Origin: Candidatus Uhrbacteria bacterium
GTDB lineage: Bacteria; Patescibacteriota; Patescibacteriia; JACRJV01
Direction: 5' to 3'
Assembly: GCA_016215325.1 (NCBI GenBank)
Contig: JACRJV010000026.1
Coordinates: forward strand, 31,955-95,954
Length of the DNA stretch: 64,000 nt
Below are positions 18,326-27,954 of the stretch, one piece after another. Position numbers and translations under genes: made by a program. The notes beneath the pieces were generated by a model. It worked only from the letters and a program-made list of their open reading frames with translations, was not told the origin of the DNA and did no database searches. Each line of letters opens with the position of its first letter. The stretch's first letter is position 1.

Positions 18326-18973
18326 TTAGATTTCTAGGTTGGTCTGTTTAAGGCGAACACCGGCTGGTTTGGAAAACAATATAGTATGGATTTCCATAAC
18401 TGCAAGGGTGACGAAATACAGCGCCCCCCATACCAGCACGGATTGCGGGCCACCCACCCACTGGGGCGTACTGTTATCGGGAGGAAACGGAAACAGTAGC
18501 GCCCAAAGCCAAGCGGTGAAGACCATACAGAAAAACGTCCAGCCAATAAACGGAATGATCGTGATCATCGTCTTCCGATAGTCTTTCTCCGACACTTTGG
18601 TGCTCGCAAATTTAGAAAAAAGGCTTAAGAAAAAATAGAGAAAAAGCCAGCGATCATGGAATACCACACTAAACGCAAGCGCAAAGATGCTGTAAAATCC
18701 AATAAGCGCAATCCCCTTCCATTGCCTGCGGAACTCACCACCCGGATGAAAGAAAAACCCACTGGAATGAATAGAAAAAAACTCGAAGAAATAGAGCGCG
18801 CCGGCAGTTTTCTGGATAAACAACGCGTGGTCAGATGGCCAAAGTAAGGCAGAAGCATAGGCCCATGAGAGCACGAGATAGCCGCCAAAGGCGGTGAAGG
18901 CAGAGAGCGTACGAGACGCGGCGGACAATGGCGAGGAGTCGGGATGCATACTGCAGACCCACAGAGAGCGCAT
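18326..18973 (-). CDS. hypothetical membrane protein
   Basis: 215-aa ORF with TM helices. Confidence 0.5.
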   Translation of the reverse strand: MRSLWVCSMHPDSSPLSAASRTLSAFTAFGGYLVLSWAYASALLWPSDHALFIQKTAGALYFFEFFSIHSSGFFFHPGGEFRRQWKGIALIGFYSIFALAFSVVFHDRWLFLYFFLSLFSKFASTKVSEKDYRKTMITIIPFIGWTFFCMVFTAWLWALLFPFPPDNSTPQWVGGPQSVLVWGALYFVTLAVMEIHTILFSKPAGVRLKQTNLEI

Positions 18974-19737
18974 TATTGTAAAAACGGCTGGATCGCTTCC
19001 ATGCCCGCTTTGCGGTAATTACAAAAGTCGCAATCCGGATTGTTTTTTGGTAAGACGCTCCCCATGAGGCACGCATGGATGTCACGGATCGTTGGTTCGA
19101 CCCAATCATCGCTGCCCTCATAGGCAATGAGCTTGACGTCAAATTCGAGCCGACCATCAAATGCTTCCTTGTCGCGATTGCCGTTGCAATAGACAAAGTA
19201 TCCAATGTTGGAAACGGTAAAACCGTTTTGGCGGAAGAGCCACTGGTATACCTCCATTTGCCGCTTATAACCATCCTGCCACTGGGCGTCGAGGGTAATT
19301 TCGCCCGACTTACTGGTGGCTTTGTAATCGACGATAATAAGCTCCCTCCTGGGATTAACCCACACGTCGTCGACTCCGCCGGTAACGAAGAGATTGGTTG
19401 GAATATGGAGGAACTGGATCCCCCGCTTGAGCGAGTCGCGCCATTCGTCCATTTTTTCGTGCTTGAACGGGACTGCATCTAAGCCATAGGCCTTCATGAG
19501 TGGATGCGGCTGGCCCTTGGCACGGTGCGCGTCAAATTCTTTTTTAAGCAGTGCATCCACTGCCGAGTTTAGATTAAAAGGATACCCAGGCGGGCGTTCT
19601 ACCCCGAGGCGGCGATCCAAATAGAAACAGCGGGGGCAAGAGACAAACAAATCGATCTTGCTGCGGCTCACCCGAAACGGCTGCGTGCTCTTGGGATCAA
19701 ACACGCTGCGTCGTTTGACAGTATAGTATTGGCTCAT
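18973..19737 (-). CDS. PD-(D/E)XK nuclease family protein (Cas4/RecB-nuclease-like) with Cys cluster
   Basis: ELIIVDYKAT core motif (D...E/D-x-K). Cys residues CPRC near the N-terminus and C...CDFC at the C-terminus, as in Cas4-type Fe-S nucleases. Confidence 0.55.
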   Translation of the reverse strand: MSQYYTVKRRSVFDPKSTQPFRVSRSKIDLFVSCPRCFYLDRRLGVERPPGYPFNLNSAVDALLKKEFDAHRAKGQPHPLMKAYGLDAVPFKHEKMDEWRDSLKRGIQFLHIPTNLFVTGGVDDVWVNPRRELIIVDYKATSKSGEITLDAQWQDGYKRQMEVYQWLFRQNGFTVSNIGYFVYCNGNRDKEAFDGRLEFDVKLIAYEGSDDWVEPTIRDIHACLMGSVLPKNNPDCDFCNYRKAGMEAIQPFLQ

Positions 19738-19758
19738 AATACCCTACACACAACATTC

Positions 19759-20415
19759 TCACATTCTCAAGTTTGTAAGGATGTTGTGTGGGAGAGAAAT
19801 AATCCGCTGGCGATATACGGAGATAATTAATGCGATCGCCGACATCAACAGATAGATTTGGAATGCGACATTTTGAATATTCCAGACTGAGATGGATGGC
19901 AGCACTAAGAGGGTCGCCACGAAGACTAATATATAGGTAATCCCAGTTTCGCTATCGGGATAACGCCATGCTTTGACAAGGGTCGGCAGGGTCGCAAACC
20001 CGTCGGCAATCGCAAGCAACAAGATAGCCGCAATTGGTGATTCTAACGCCGCCCAGATAATGAGCGCAATAATAGAAAACAATCCGCAGGCAATATCAAA
20101 TCGGGTGACTTGCCAATAACTGGATGTATTGGAAAATGAACAGAGGAAGATGATGAGTGGCATGAATCCCGCCATAAAGACGCGCGCTAACGCCCATGGA
20201 TCGGCACCGGCCGAGTGCGCAGCGGCAACGGCAACTAGCGGTGCTGCTGCCCAAAGGAACCAGCTGACGCGGTTCGGCTTCGTACGCCCGGCCAGGGTAT
20301 CGATGATATACGCGGATGATCCGACGAGCGATATCGCGATACTCAAGAATACCAATATGTGTTCCAAGCGCATAAAGGGATGAATGTCTATTCCGTCGGT
20401 TGCGATGTGCGCCAA
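19759..20415 (-). CDS. hypothetical membrane protein
   Basis: 218-aa ORF with multiple TM helices. Confidence 0.45.
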   Translation of the reverse strand: MAHIATDGIDIHPFMRLEHILVFLSIAISLVGSSAYIIDTLAGRTKPNRVSWFLWAAAPLVAVAAAHSAGADPWALARVFMAGFMPLIIFLCSFSNTSSYWQVTRFDIACGLFSIIALIIWAALESPIAAILLLAIADGFATLPTLVKAWRYPDSETGITYILVFVATLLVLPSISVWNIQNVAFQIYLLMSAIALIISVYRQRIISLPHNILTNLRM

Positions 20416-20792
20416 TCCGGGGGCTCAGTGATCCGCAGATAAAACCCAAACGGATCTTCGACCCGAAAATCCCACAACCCCCAGTGTTTTTTTTCAAGCG
20501 GCGTAATAATGTTCATCTTGTCTTTGACGGCGTCATAGAGAGCGCGAACGTCATCAACCGGGATCACAATCTCGACCGCGTAGCCACGCTTGGTTTGCCG
20601 ATCAAATTTTCGGAAGTATGATTGATTATATACCGCGTCGCTGCCTTCGTTAAAACAGAGGATGTACCCCTGCCGCTCCAGCACAAGATACCGATCATCG
20701 CGTCGGGCCACCGTAAATCCAAGCATGCCGTAAAATACAATCGCCGACTCGAAATCCGGGACATGGAGCTCCACAACAAAAGGATGGGGCAT
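20388..20792 (-). CDS. VOC (glyoxalase/bleomycin-resistance) family protein
   Basis: The N-terminal PHPFVVELHVPDFESAIVFYGMLGF fold signature places it in the VOC family (glyoxalase/bleomycin-resistance fold); 134 aa. Confidence 0.65.
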   Translation of the reverse strand: MPHPFVVELHVPDFESAIVFYGMLGFTVARRDDRYLVLERQGYILCFNEGSDAVYNQSYFRKFDRQTKRGYAVEIVIPVDDVRALYDAVKDKMNIITPLEKKHWGLWDFRVEDPFGFYLRITEPPDWRTSQPTE

Positions 20793-20843
20793 ACGAGGGA
20801 ATCATACGTCCAATCCTTACGATCGACAAGCGCTGTTGCTGCA

Positions 20844-21320
20844 CTAGGGTTGTGACGGAACCGGCGGCATCTGGCGATTGTTAAAGAGTTGCGTTGTATC
20901 GCCCACTCGGATCATCCGCGCATTCAAACTCCCATCCTGGTTCGCTGTTCCATTCAAAACAACCGAATCCCCGGCCTTGAGTGCACTGGGCTTGATTGTC
21001 TGCGACTGCGTGACGGTTGTTTCAGAGCCAATCAAAACGATCCGCGATCCTCCGCCGATAAGCTCAACGCGGAGCTCTGTGGCATCCGTACTGATGATTT
21101 TCCCTGTGACGAATTCGTCGTTGCCGCTACCACCAGGACCGCGCATTCGAAACTCTCCACTCCCATTCTGCCCCATCATCCTGCCGGCAAATCGCGAACC
21201 AGCACCAACGCCTGTGGAAGACGTCGATTGTGAACGACCGTACTGCAAGCCGCCGTAAAATGCGCCGCCGGCGACAAGCACTACAGCGGCAACGAAACTG
21301 ATAATCTGTTGTTGTTTCAT
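20844..21320 (-). CDS. Gly-rich exported protein, last gene of the ECF/MacAB-like operon (ORF to 21341)
   Basis: N-terminus MKQQQIISFVAAVVLVAGGAFYGG is a signal/anchor; the mature part is Gly/Ser-rich. Confidence 0.5.
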   Translation of the reverse strand: MKQQQIISFVAAVVLVAGGAFYGGLQYGRSQSTSSTGVGAGSRFAGRMMGQNGSGEFRMRGPGGSGNDEFVTGKIISTDATELRVELIGGGSRIVLIGSETTVTQSQTIKPSALKAGDSVVLNGTANQDGSLNARMIRVGDTTQLFNNRQMPPVPSQP

Positions 21321-21351
21321 AGATAATTCATCAATAAACAATTAAACGAAG

Positions 21352-22566
21352 TTATTCATATCGCAACGCATCAATCGGGTGCAATTTCCCAGCCCGACGT
21401 GCCGGGTAAAACCCAAAAATAATACCGATAGAACTGCTCATCCCCACCCCCAACACAACCGACGACGCCGTGACACTCGTATTGATCCCAGCAAACGTAG
21501 TGACGAGTAACGAAAGAAGCCAGCCCAGAAGTATCCCCAAAATGCCCCCTAACAACGTGAGAGCAACCGATTCGGCCAAAAACTGGAGGCTGATTTGCCA
21601 TTGCTTTGCGCCGATCGCCCTACGCAGCCCAATCTCGCGCGTGCGTTCGGTGATCGTCATGAGCATCATGTTCATTATGCCGATCCCACCCACCACCAAC
21701 GAGATGCCGGCGACGGAGCCCAGAAACATCGTGAACGTATTGGTCACCTGGTTGAGGGTCCCCAACACATCCTCTTGAGAAAATATGGAGAAATCGGGTG
21801 CGGCCGGATCCACGCGATGGCGGCTCGCAAGCAACTCGGTCACCTGCGCTTTGACATCCGCCATCTGTGTTTTGTCCGCCACACTCACGGCGATCGTGGA
21901 AACAACGTCTGCCCCGACAAGAATTCTTTGCATTGTCTCCAGCGGCACAAATGCAGTATCGTCGGGATTAAAGAATCCGCTACTGCCTTTGGCAACAGTC
22001 GTCCCAATCACACGGAAATCCATGCGGTTGATACGAATGGTCTTGCCGATTGGGTCTGCGTCACCGAACAAATCCTTTACCGTCGTCGGGCCCAACACCG
22101 CCACACGAGAGAACGCGGCGTTGTGCTGCGATGTTATAAATGTTCCCGCATCTATTGCTAAGGAACGCGCCGTCAAATATCCTGATTCGACGCCGATCAC
22201 ATTGGAATTCGTATTGTTGCCCAGCGACGACGTCATTTGGAACCGGCGATTGAGCTCGGGCGACACCGCCGCAACACCCGCGATACCGGCGATCGCAGAG
22301 GCGTCGTCAATCGAAAGCGGCGCCATGCCGCGGCCGGTCGAAACTCCACCACGGGCATTCGAAAGCGCACCCGGGCTCACCGTCAACAGGTTTGATCCTA
22401 ATCCTTGGATACTGGACTCAATCGACTTTGCTCCGCCCTGCCCAATCGAAACCATCGCAATCACCGAGCCAATCCCGATGACAATACCCAACACCGTGAG
22501 GCCGGTACGAACTTTATTCGAAGTTAAGGCCGAGCCTAATTCAATCGCAAGATCAATCGCGGTCAT
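21352..22566 (-). CDS. ABC transporter permease, FtsX/MacB family
   Basis: 404 aa with an N-terminal TM, a large periplasmic domain and a C-terminal 3-TM FtsX-like region. 4-bp overlap with the ATPase gene. Confidence 0.8.
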   Translation of the reverse strand: MTAIDLAIELGSALTSNKVRTGLTVLGIVIGIGSVIAMVSIGQGGAKSIESSIQGLGSNLLTVSPGALSNARGGVSTGRGMAPLSIDDASAIAGIAGVAAVSPELNRRFQMTSSLGNNTNSNVIGVESGYLTARSLAIDAGTFITSQHNAAFSRVAVLGPTTVKDLFGDADPIGKTIRINRMDFRVIGTTVAKGSSGFFNPDDTAFVPLETMQRILVGADVVSTIAVSVADKTQMADVKAQVTELLASRHRVDPAAPDFSIFSQEDVLGTLNQVTNTFTMFLGSVAGISLVVGGIGIMNMMLMTITERTREIGLRRAIGAKQWQISLQFLAESVALTLLGGILGILLGWLLSLLVTTFAGINTSVTASSVVLGVGMSSSIGIIFGFYPARRAGKLHPIDALRYE

Positions 22567-23270
22567 ATCGTTTTTCGATCCTCGATAATTTCTCCGTCCT
22601 TCAGGCGCACGATACGCGCTGCGTACGCCGCCACGTCTGACTCATGCGTGATAAGCACAATCGTGCGACCATGCTGCCGATGGAGCGACTGGAACGTTTC
22701 CAACACCATTTGGCCCGTTTTGCTATCGAGGTTGCCGGTCGGCTCATCCGCCAAAATCATCACGGGGTCGTTGGCCAACGCACGAGCGATCGCCACCCGC
22801 TGCATCATGCCGCCCGAAATTTGATTGGGCGAATAGTTGTAAAATTTTTCGGGCAAAGCTGCTTTCTCTAAGGCTGCCCGCGCCCGCGGTTCGCGCTGCT
22901 GCCGCGGCACACCGGCATACATAAGCGGCAACATCACATTACGGAGGACTGTTGCACGCGGGAGCAAGTAAAATGCTTGGAACACAAACCCGATGCGGGT
23001 ACTGCGGATCTGCGCCAGCTCATTTTCGTTCATCTCGGTCACGTCTTGGCCATCCAGCGTATACGTCCCGCTGGTGGCAACATCCAAGCACCCCAGTATA
23101 TGCATGAGCGTGGACTTGCCCGAACCGGACTGCCCCATAATCGCGACAAATTCGCCGGTGCCAATGGAGAACGTAATCCCCTTCAAAGCTTCGGTTGGCC
23201 CCGCTTGAGAAGCATAGATCTTGCGGATACTCTGGCAGTCAATCATACCGGCAGTCACCCGCCACCTCAC
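22563..23270 (-). CDS. ABC transporter ATP-binding protein (MacB/LolD-like)
   Basis: Walker [10 protein letters not shown], signature [15 protein letters not shown], Walker [12 protein letters not shown]. Confidence 0.85.
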   Translation of the reverse strand: MRWRVTAGMIDCQSIRKIYASQAGPTEALKGITFSIGTGEFVAIMGQSGSGKSTLMHILGCLDVATSGTYTLDGQDVTEMNENELAQIRSTRIGFVFQAFYLLPRATVLRNVMLPLMYAGVPRQQREPRARAALEKAALPEKFYNYSPNQISGGMMQRVAIARALANDPVMILADEPTGNLDSKTGQMVLETFQSLHRQHGRTIVLITHESDVAAYAARIVRLKDGEIIEDRKTI

Positions 23271-25081
23271 GGCCGGCGGATCATCATGCCGCCACCGCTG
23301 CCCGCGCCGCCGCCAACCCCGCGGCCAACGCCGGGGAAGCCGAAGAAGGTTCCGTTGGCATTGCCGCTGCCGCCAGCGGTCGCATTCTGCCCGACAACGC
23401 GAGTGACAATGACGTCGCCGGCCGTGAGCCCGCCGGTCACCTCGACGATCGTGTCATTGGCGAGCCCCAACTGGACCGGAACGGACTCTATGGCACTCGT
23501 AAGCGCGACCGGACGATTGCGGTCGACCTCTTCGGCAACGGCGGTATTGACGTTGTCCACGCGCTGTACGACGGAAACATCCCCTTGCGTTTTCACAGCC
23601 CCCAAGGGGACAATGATGGTATCGTTTTTGACATCAACGATGATGGATGCCGAAACGCTCATGCCATGTTTGATCCTCTGGTCTTGCGTATCGAAGACAA
23701 TCTGCACATGATACGTGGTCACCCCTTGCGATATGGTTGCCAGTGTATCGACCTTCGCAACACTGCCGCTGACCGTAAGAGCGGGAATCGCGTCAAATGT
23801 GAGGGTCGCCGCTTGGCCGGTCGCCACCCTCGCCACATCAACCTCGCTCAATGAAATGTCCGCGAGTTTTTGAGCTGTCGTCATTGTTGCAATCACTGTG
23901 GAGGCGCCGGCGCTGTCCCCCACTTGAACCGGAACCGACGCCGCGATGCCGGCGATCGGGCTACGAATTGTATAATCGGAGAGTTGCTCCAACGCGTCGG
24001 TGAGGGCGTTCTGTCGTTGGGTAATTGCCAGCTCTTGTGAGCGGATGTCCAACGCGTCGGCGCCGCTGGTTAACTTTGCGAGGTTGGCCTTCTTTTCGGC
24101 AATGGAACGAACGATATTAGTTGCTGTGTTGGTATTGTTGGCAATCGTCTGACGGACTGTAAGCAGGCTGCTTTGGTGCTGGCTGATCGTATTCGTGTCG
24201 GTATTGAGTGTTGTAATATGCGTGTCTGCGATGGCAACCGGCTTCCGGCCATTCGTGGTTACGGTATCTTTGTAAAACAGGATAAAGTTGTTCAGCTCTT
24301 TTATCGCTTCGCCGGCCAGTTGCGCAGTGTAATGCGTTTGATCAATCAGCGCCTGAATAGCCACGCGATCCGACGACCGCGAGGTCCCCTTGTACGCGAT
24401 AAAATTGGCATCGTAGGAGCTGCGCGATTTCTGGTATGCGGCGATCGCTTGATCGCGATATTTTGTGATCCGACTATCAAATTCGTTCGCGCTGCTCATA
24501 TAATAATCCGTATTCCATTGCGTTGGCGAGAGGTCATTGCCATAGAGAATTTTCTGCAAATTGCTCATGACCGAGGGCAAATCCGTGAAGGCTTCCGCGA
24601 TGGCAGCAAATCCGTCATCATACGCTTTAGCGATTGTCGTTTGAGCTTGTTCTTTATCTTGATAGGCTTGATCAATGGAATTTTGCGCCTGCAAGAGCGT
24701 AAGGGTATCAACTGGTTGTTTGAGTTTTTCCAACGCTAACTGCGCGCTTTGGAGATTCGTCCGCGCATCACGCACTGCCTTTTGCGCGCTGGTGGAATCA
24801 AGCACCGCTAGAGTAGTACCGGCGCCCACACTCGCGCCTTGCTTGATCGGCAACGACCGAATGGTGCCGCCCACGGTGGGCTTCACGTCCACTTGGTTAG
24901 ACGCAGACACTTGGCCGCTGCCAGAAATCGAGACAACGACCGATCCCTTCTCGACAGTTGCGAGCACGTATTGCGGCCCAATGTCAGCAGAAGAATTGCT
25001 CCGCCGCCATACCCAACCACCACCAGCAACGGCCAATGCTGCCACTAACAGTACCCAGCGCTTTGACGCCATCCCAAGCAT
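23267..25081 (-). CDS. HlyD/MacA-family periplasmic adaptor (membrane fusion protein) with long coiled coils
   Basis: N-terminal anchor, extended Q/A/L-rich coiled-coil region, then beta-barrel and lipoyl-like parts. Operon partner of the ABC pair. Confidence 0.75.
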   Translation of the reverse strand: MLGMASKRWVLLVAALAVAGGGWVWRRSNSSADIGPQYVLATVEKGSVVVSISGSGQVSASNQVDVKPTVGGTIRSLPIKQGASVGAGTTLAVLDSTSAQKAVRDARTNLQSAQLALEKLKQPVDTLTLLQAQNSIDQAYQDKEQAQTTIAKAYDDGFAAIAEAFTDLPSVMSNLQKILYGNDLSPTQWNTDYYMSSANEFDSRITKYRDQAIAAYQKSRSSYDANFIAYKGTSRSSDRVAIQALIDQTHYTAQLAGEAIKELNNFILFYKDTVTTNGRKPVAIADTHITTLNTDTNTISQHQSSLLTVRQTIANNTNTATNIVRSIAEKKANLAKLTSGADALDIRSQELAITQRQNALTDALEQLSDYTIRSPIAGIAASVPVQVGDSAGASTVIATMTTAQKLADISLSEVDVARVATGQAATLTFDAIPALTVSGSVAKVDTLATISQGVTTYHVQIVFDTQDQRIKHGMSVSASIIVDVKNDTIIVPLGAVKTQGDVSVVQRVDNVNTAVAEEVDRNRPVALTSAIESVPVQLGLANDTIVEVTGGLTAGDVIVTRVVGQNATAGGSGNANGTFFGFPGVGRGVGGGAGSGGGMMIRRP

Positions 25082-25091
25082 AGTAAATAAA

Positions 25092-25877
25092 TTAATACTC
25101 CATCATAACACCTCTCTGCATCATTGGGGATGTAACCGGACGATCAAACCGATCGACGCGTCGATTGATCCGGCGAATCCCGCGCGCGGCAATCGTGCCG
25201 TCCATTCGCTTGCCCACAACCACCACCTCATCGCCGTCGATAAAAATCATTCCATCCGGCAAAATTGTTTTTTTGGTGATTACCACCGTCAACGGCATCC
25301 GATCATCCCATTCAAATGGATCCAACCGGAACTGATCTTGGCCATTCCATTGCGCCACAATTCCACGATACCCTTGGTGCAGCCCATAGAGTCGTCGATG
25401 CTGGTACATCATGCCCATGACCGGAACGCGCGAAACCAACCCTTGTTGCTCGAGGCGCTCATGGAGCCGCACACGGCGTATCCCCGCAGCCGCAATACCC
25501 ACAAATAGCAGTAGCGCCACCAACCCGATAATGACGGTCCGTCGGTACCCGCCAAAAAACGTCCGGCGGAAGAATTCGAGCAGGACAATGCCCGCCACGA
25601 CGATTACGATCGCGATCCATGGGGCAGAAACAATGAACTCTTCGACCCCGAGCAGACCCAACGCCAGCAACGACAACGACTGATTGATGGTCACCACAAA
25701 CACCACCCAACTGGCCGCATAGAGCACAACGGCCGCAAGCAACCCATAGCAAACGACGGCGACAACCTTAGTGAACTGGGCGCGCGTGCGCGTGCGCATG
25801 GTGACCTGGCCGTGTTCAATCGAGTCCATCACGCGGTCGACAATCGGCGGTTGATGCGTGGGTTGTTCAGACGTCAT
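25092..25877 (-). CDS. membrane protein, putative anti-sigma factor (by position)
   Basis: Directly follows the ECF sigma gene with a 4-bp overlap; multi-TM protein. The call rests on gene neighbourhood only. Confidence 0.4.
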   Translation of the reverse strand: MTSEQPTHQPPIVDRVMDSIEHGQVTMRTRTRAQFTKVVAVVCYGLLAAVVLYAASWVVFVVTINQSLSLLALGLLGVEEFIVSAPWIAIVIVVAGIVLLEFFRRTFFGGYRRTVIIGLVALLLFVGIAAAGIRRVRLHERLEQQGLVSRVPVMGMMYQHRRLYGLHQGYRGIVAQWNGQDQFRLDPFEWDDRMPLTVVITKKTILPDGMIFIDGDEVVVVGKRMDGTIAARGIRRINRRVDRFDRPVTSPMMQRGVMMEY

Positions 25878-26452
25878 AGCGTTATTCCTCGATTGCGAGC
25901 AATAGCTTGCACCATCGACCGTGCCCGATTAAGGCGGACACCAACAGTAGAAACGGGAATATGCAGAATATCCGAAATCTGGCCGTAACTCAAATCATCA
26001 TTATAATACAGCAAAAGCGGTTCACGATATTTTTCTGGCAACTCCTTGAGGCAGTCAAACACCGTATCGTTGAGCTCCGTGCGCAAGATATCGGCATCGG
26101 TCCGTTCTTTTGATATCGGATGGGGCAGCATCACGTCCCAATCCACCGCAAACACTAGTGCACGCTGCTTTTTGCGAAGGACGTTGACAAATTCATTATG
26201 CGCTATCCGATAAATCCATGGGGAAAAAACGCGGCGTGAATCGAATTCTTGGATGTGGGCGTAGGCTTTGATCATGACTTCCTGCACCACATCTTCTTGT
26301 TCTTCCCGCGAGGAAAAGAAAGTTCTGGCATAGCGCAGGAGCTTGGGCGTGAACCGTTCGACAAGCTGGCGGAATGCAAAATGGCTCCCGCGCTGGACTG
26401 CTCGAGCAAGTTGTTCGTCGGGTAATGCTGCGTAGTCGGACGGCGAATCCAT
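25874..26452 (-). CDS. ECF-type RNA polymerase sigma-70 factor
   Basis: Region 2 VQEVMIKAYAHIQEFD...FSPWIYRIAHNEFVNVLRK and a region 4 HTH are present. Confidence 0.8.
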   Translation of the reverse strand: MDSPSDYAALPDEQLARAVQRGSHFAFRQLVERFTPKLLRYARTFFSSREEQEDVVQEVMIKAYAHIQEFDSRRVFSPWIYRIAHNEFVNVLRKKQRALVFAVDWDVMLPHPISKERTDADILRTELNDTVFDCLKELPEKYREPLLLYYNDDLSYGQISDILHIPVSTVGVRLNRARSMVQAIARNRGITL

Positions 26453-26556
26453 AGCGGTGTTTGATACCTATTACACCAAAACTTCTATTTTGTTTCAAAT
26501 CCAAAAAACCAGCAGCGCAGATGCTGCTGGTTTTTATCCCTAGCGGTCGAAGTCTG

Positions 26557-27810
26557 TTACGCATAGGCCTCCTCACCATGCTGGCTGACATCCAGACCAT
26601 GCCCCTCTTCTTCCTTGCTGACACGCACCGGTGTCATCCAATTGGTAATCTTGAGCAATAGGTACGACCCACAGAAGGCAAACGCAGCAACAACCACCGA
26701 GGCGATCAGTTGGGCCATAAACTGCTTGGGGTTACCGTAGAACCAGCCGTTGGCGCCTGCGGAGTTCACGGCGAGCGTGGCAAAGAGTCCGGTTGCTAAC
26801 GCCCCCCAGACGCCGCTGATGCCATGGCAAGCAAATACATCCAGCGAGTCGTCGAGTTGTGTCCGCGTTGTCCGCCAATGCGCAACGAGGTTAGAAAGCA
26901 CCCCCGCGACCAGCCCGATCAAAATGGCAGCACCCACACCCACATACCCCGATGCTGGAGTAATGGCAACGAGCCCACAGACCGCGCCCACAGAAATTCC
27001 GACCGCCGATGGCTTGCCAAGCTTTATCCAATCCGTGATCATCCAGCTCACCGCAGCGGCAGCAGCGGCTAAATTGGTGACCACCAAGGCCGAGACCGCT
27101 AAACCATTTGCTGCTAAGGCGCTGCCCGAGTTAAACCCAAACCATCCAAACCATAGCAGTGCCGTTCCTAAAATCACAAAGGGGATGCTGTTAGGCTTAA
27201 ACTCAATGGGCTGGCCATTTTTGTAATCATGGCGCTTACCGATAAAAATCGCCGCCGCCAAGGCAGAAAACCCCGCCGCAATATGCACCACCGTCCCTCC
27301 CGCAAAATCAATCGCCCCAACAGCCTTGAGCCAACCCGCGGGGTTCCAAACCCAATGCGCAACCGGAGCGTAGATCAGGGTTGCCCATAACACGATAAAC
27401 AACAGCAGTGCTTTAAATCGAATGCGTTCCGCAAATGCGCCAATAATCAGTGCAGGAGTGATGGCCGCAAACTTGAGTTGAAAAAAGAAGAAGAGCAATT
27501 CAGGAATCGTTGCGGCATAGCCTGGGTTGGCGGCAGCGCCAACGCCCGTTAACGCGAATAATGAAAGGTCTCCGATCCAACCGCGCACCGATGGGCCAAA
27601 GGCCAGGGAATATCCCCACAACGCCCACACCAAACTCACAACAGCAAAAATCACAATGCACTGCACTAATGTCGAAACAAGATTTTTTTTGCGCACCAGC
27701 CCTGCATAGAAGAATCCTAATGCGGGCGTCATCAGCATAACCAGTGCGGAGGAGGTCGATACCCAGGCAATGTCTCCGGAATTTAATGCATCCATAGGCA
27801 ATGAGGTCAT
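26557..27810 (-). CDS. amt: ammonium transporter Amt (ORF to 27891; start at 27810 or 27795 is more likely, given the leader structures)
   Basis: Classic Amt TM architecture and motifs (FAGLVRKKN, DFAGGTVVHI, GALATGLFA). Confidence 0.85.
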   Translation of the reverse strand: MTSLPMDALNSGDIAWVSTSSALVMLMTPALGFFYAGLVRKKNLVSTLVQCIVIFAVVSLVWALWGYSLAFGPSVRGWIGDLSLFALTGVGAAANPGYAATIPELLFFFFQLKFAAITPALIIGAFAERIRFKALLLFIVLWATLIYAPVAHWVWNPAGWLKAVGAIDFAGGTVVHIAAGFSALAAAIFIGKRHDYKNGQPIEFKPNSIPFVILGTALLWFGWFGFNSGSALAANGLAVSALVVTNLAAAAAAVSWMITDWIKLGKPSAVGISVGAVCGLVAITPASGYVGVGAAILIGLVAGVLSNLVAHWRTTRTQLDDSLDVFACHGISGVWGALATGLFATLAVNSAGANGWFYGNPKQFMAQLIASVVVAAFAFCGSYLLLKITNWMTPVRVSKEEEGHGLDVSQHGEEAYA

Positions 27811-27823
27811 TGAACGATAAAAC

Positions 27824-27889
27824 AAAAAATCCTCAGTGTACAAAACAGAGGACTCCATTGTCCAGGGGCTCGCAGGCACTCCATTGTGC
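27824..27889 (-). promoter_or_regulatory. ANTAR-type dual hexaloop RNA motif overlapping a weak terminator-like hairpin and U-run in the amt 5' leader
   Basis: On the minus strand, the RNA GCAC-AAUGGA-GUGC and GGAC-AAUGGA-GUCC are two hairpins with hexaloops carrying A1 and G4. The 3' arm of the second overlaps stem UCCUC...GAGGA, followed by UUUUUUGUUUU. Confidence 0.5.
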
Positions 27890-27954
27890 ACATCGGGATG
27901 GTTTGCTCTTCCATTACGCTAGCACAGAGAAAATTTTTGCGTCAATGGGGATAA

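Noticed and set aside
27831-27852. Calling the amt-leader hairpin a stand-alone intrinsic terminator
   Set aside because: The stem is only 5 bp (UCCUC/GAGGA). It is credible only as the competing structure of an ANTAR antitermination switch, not as an independent terminator feature.
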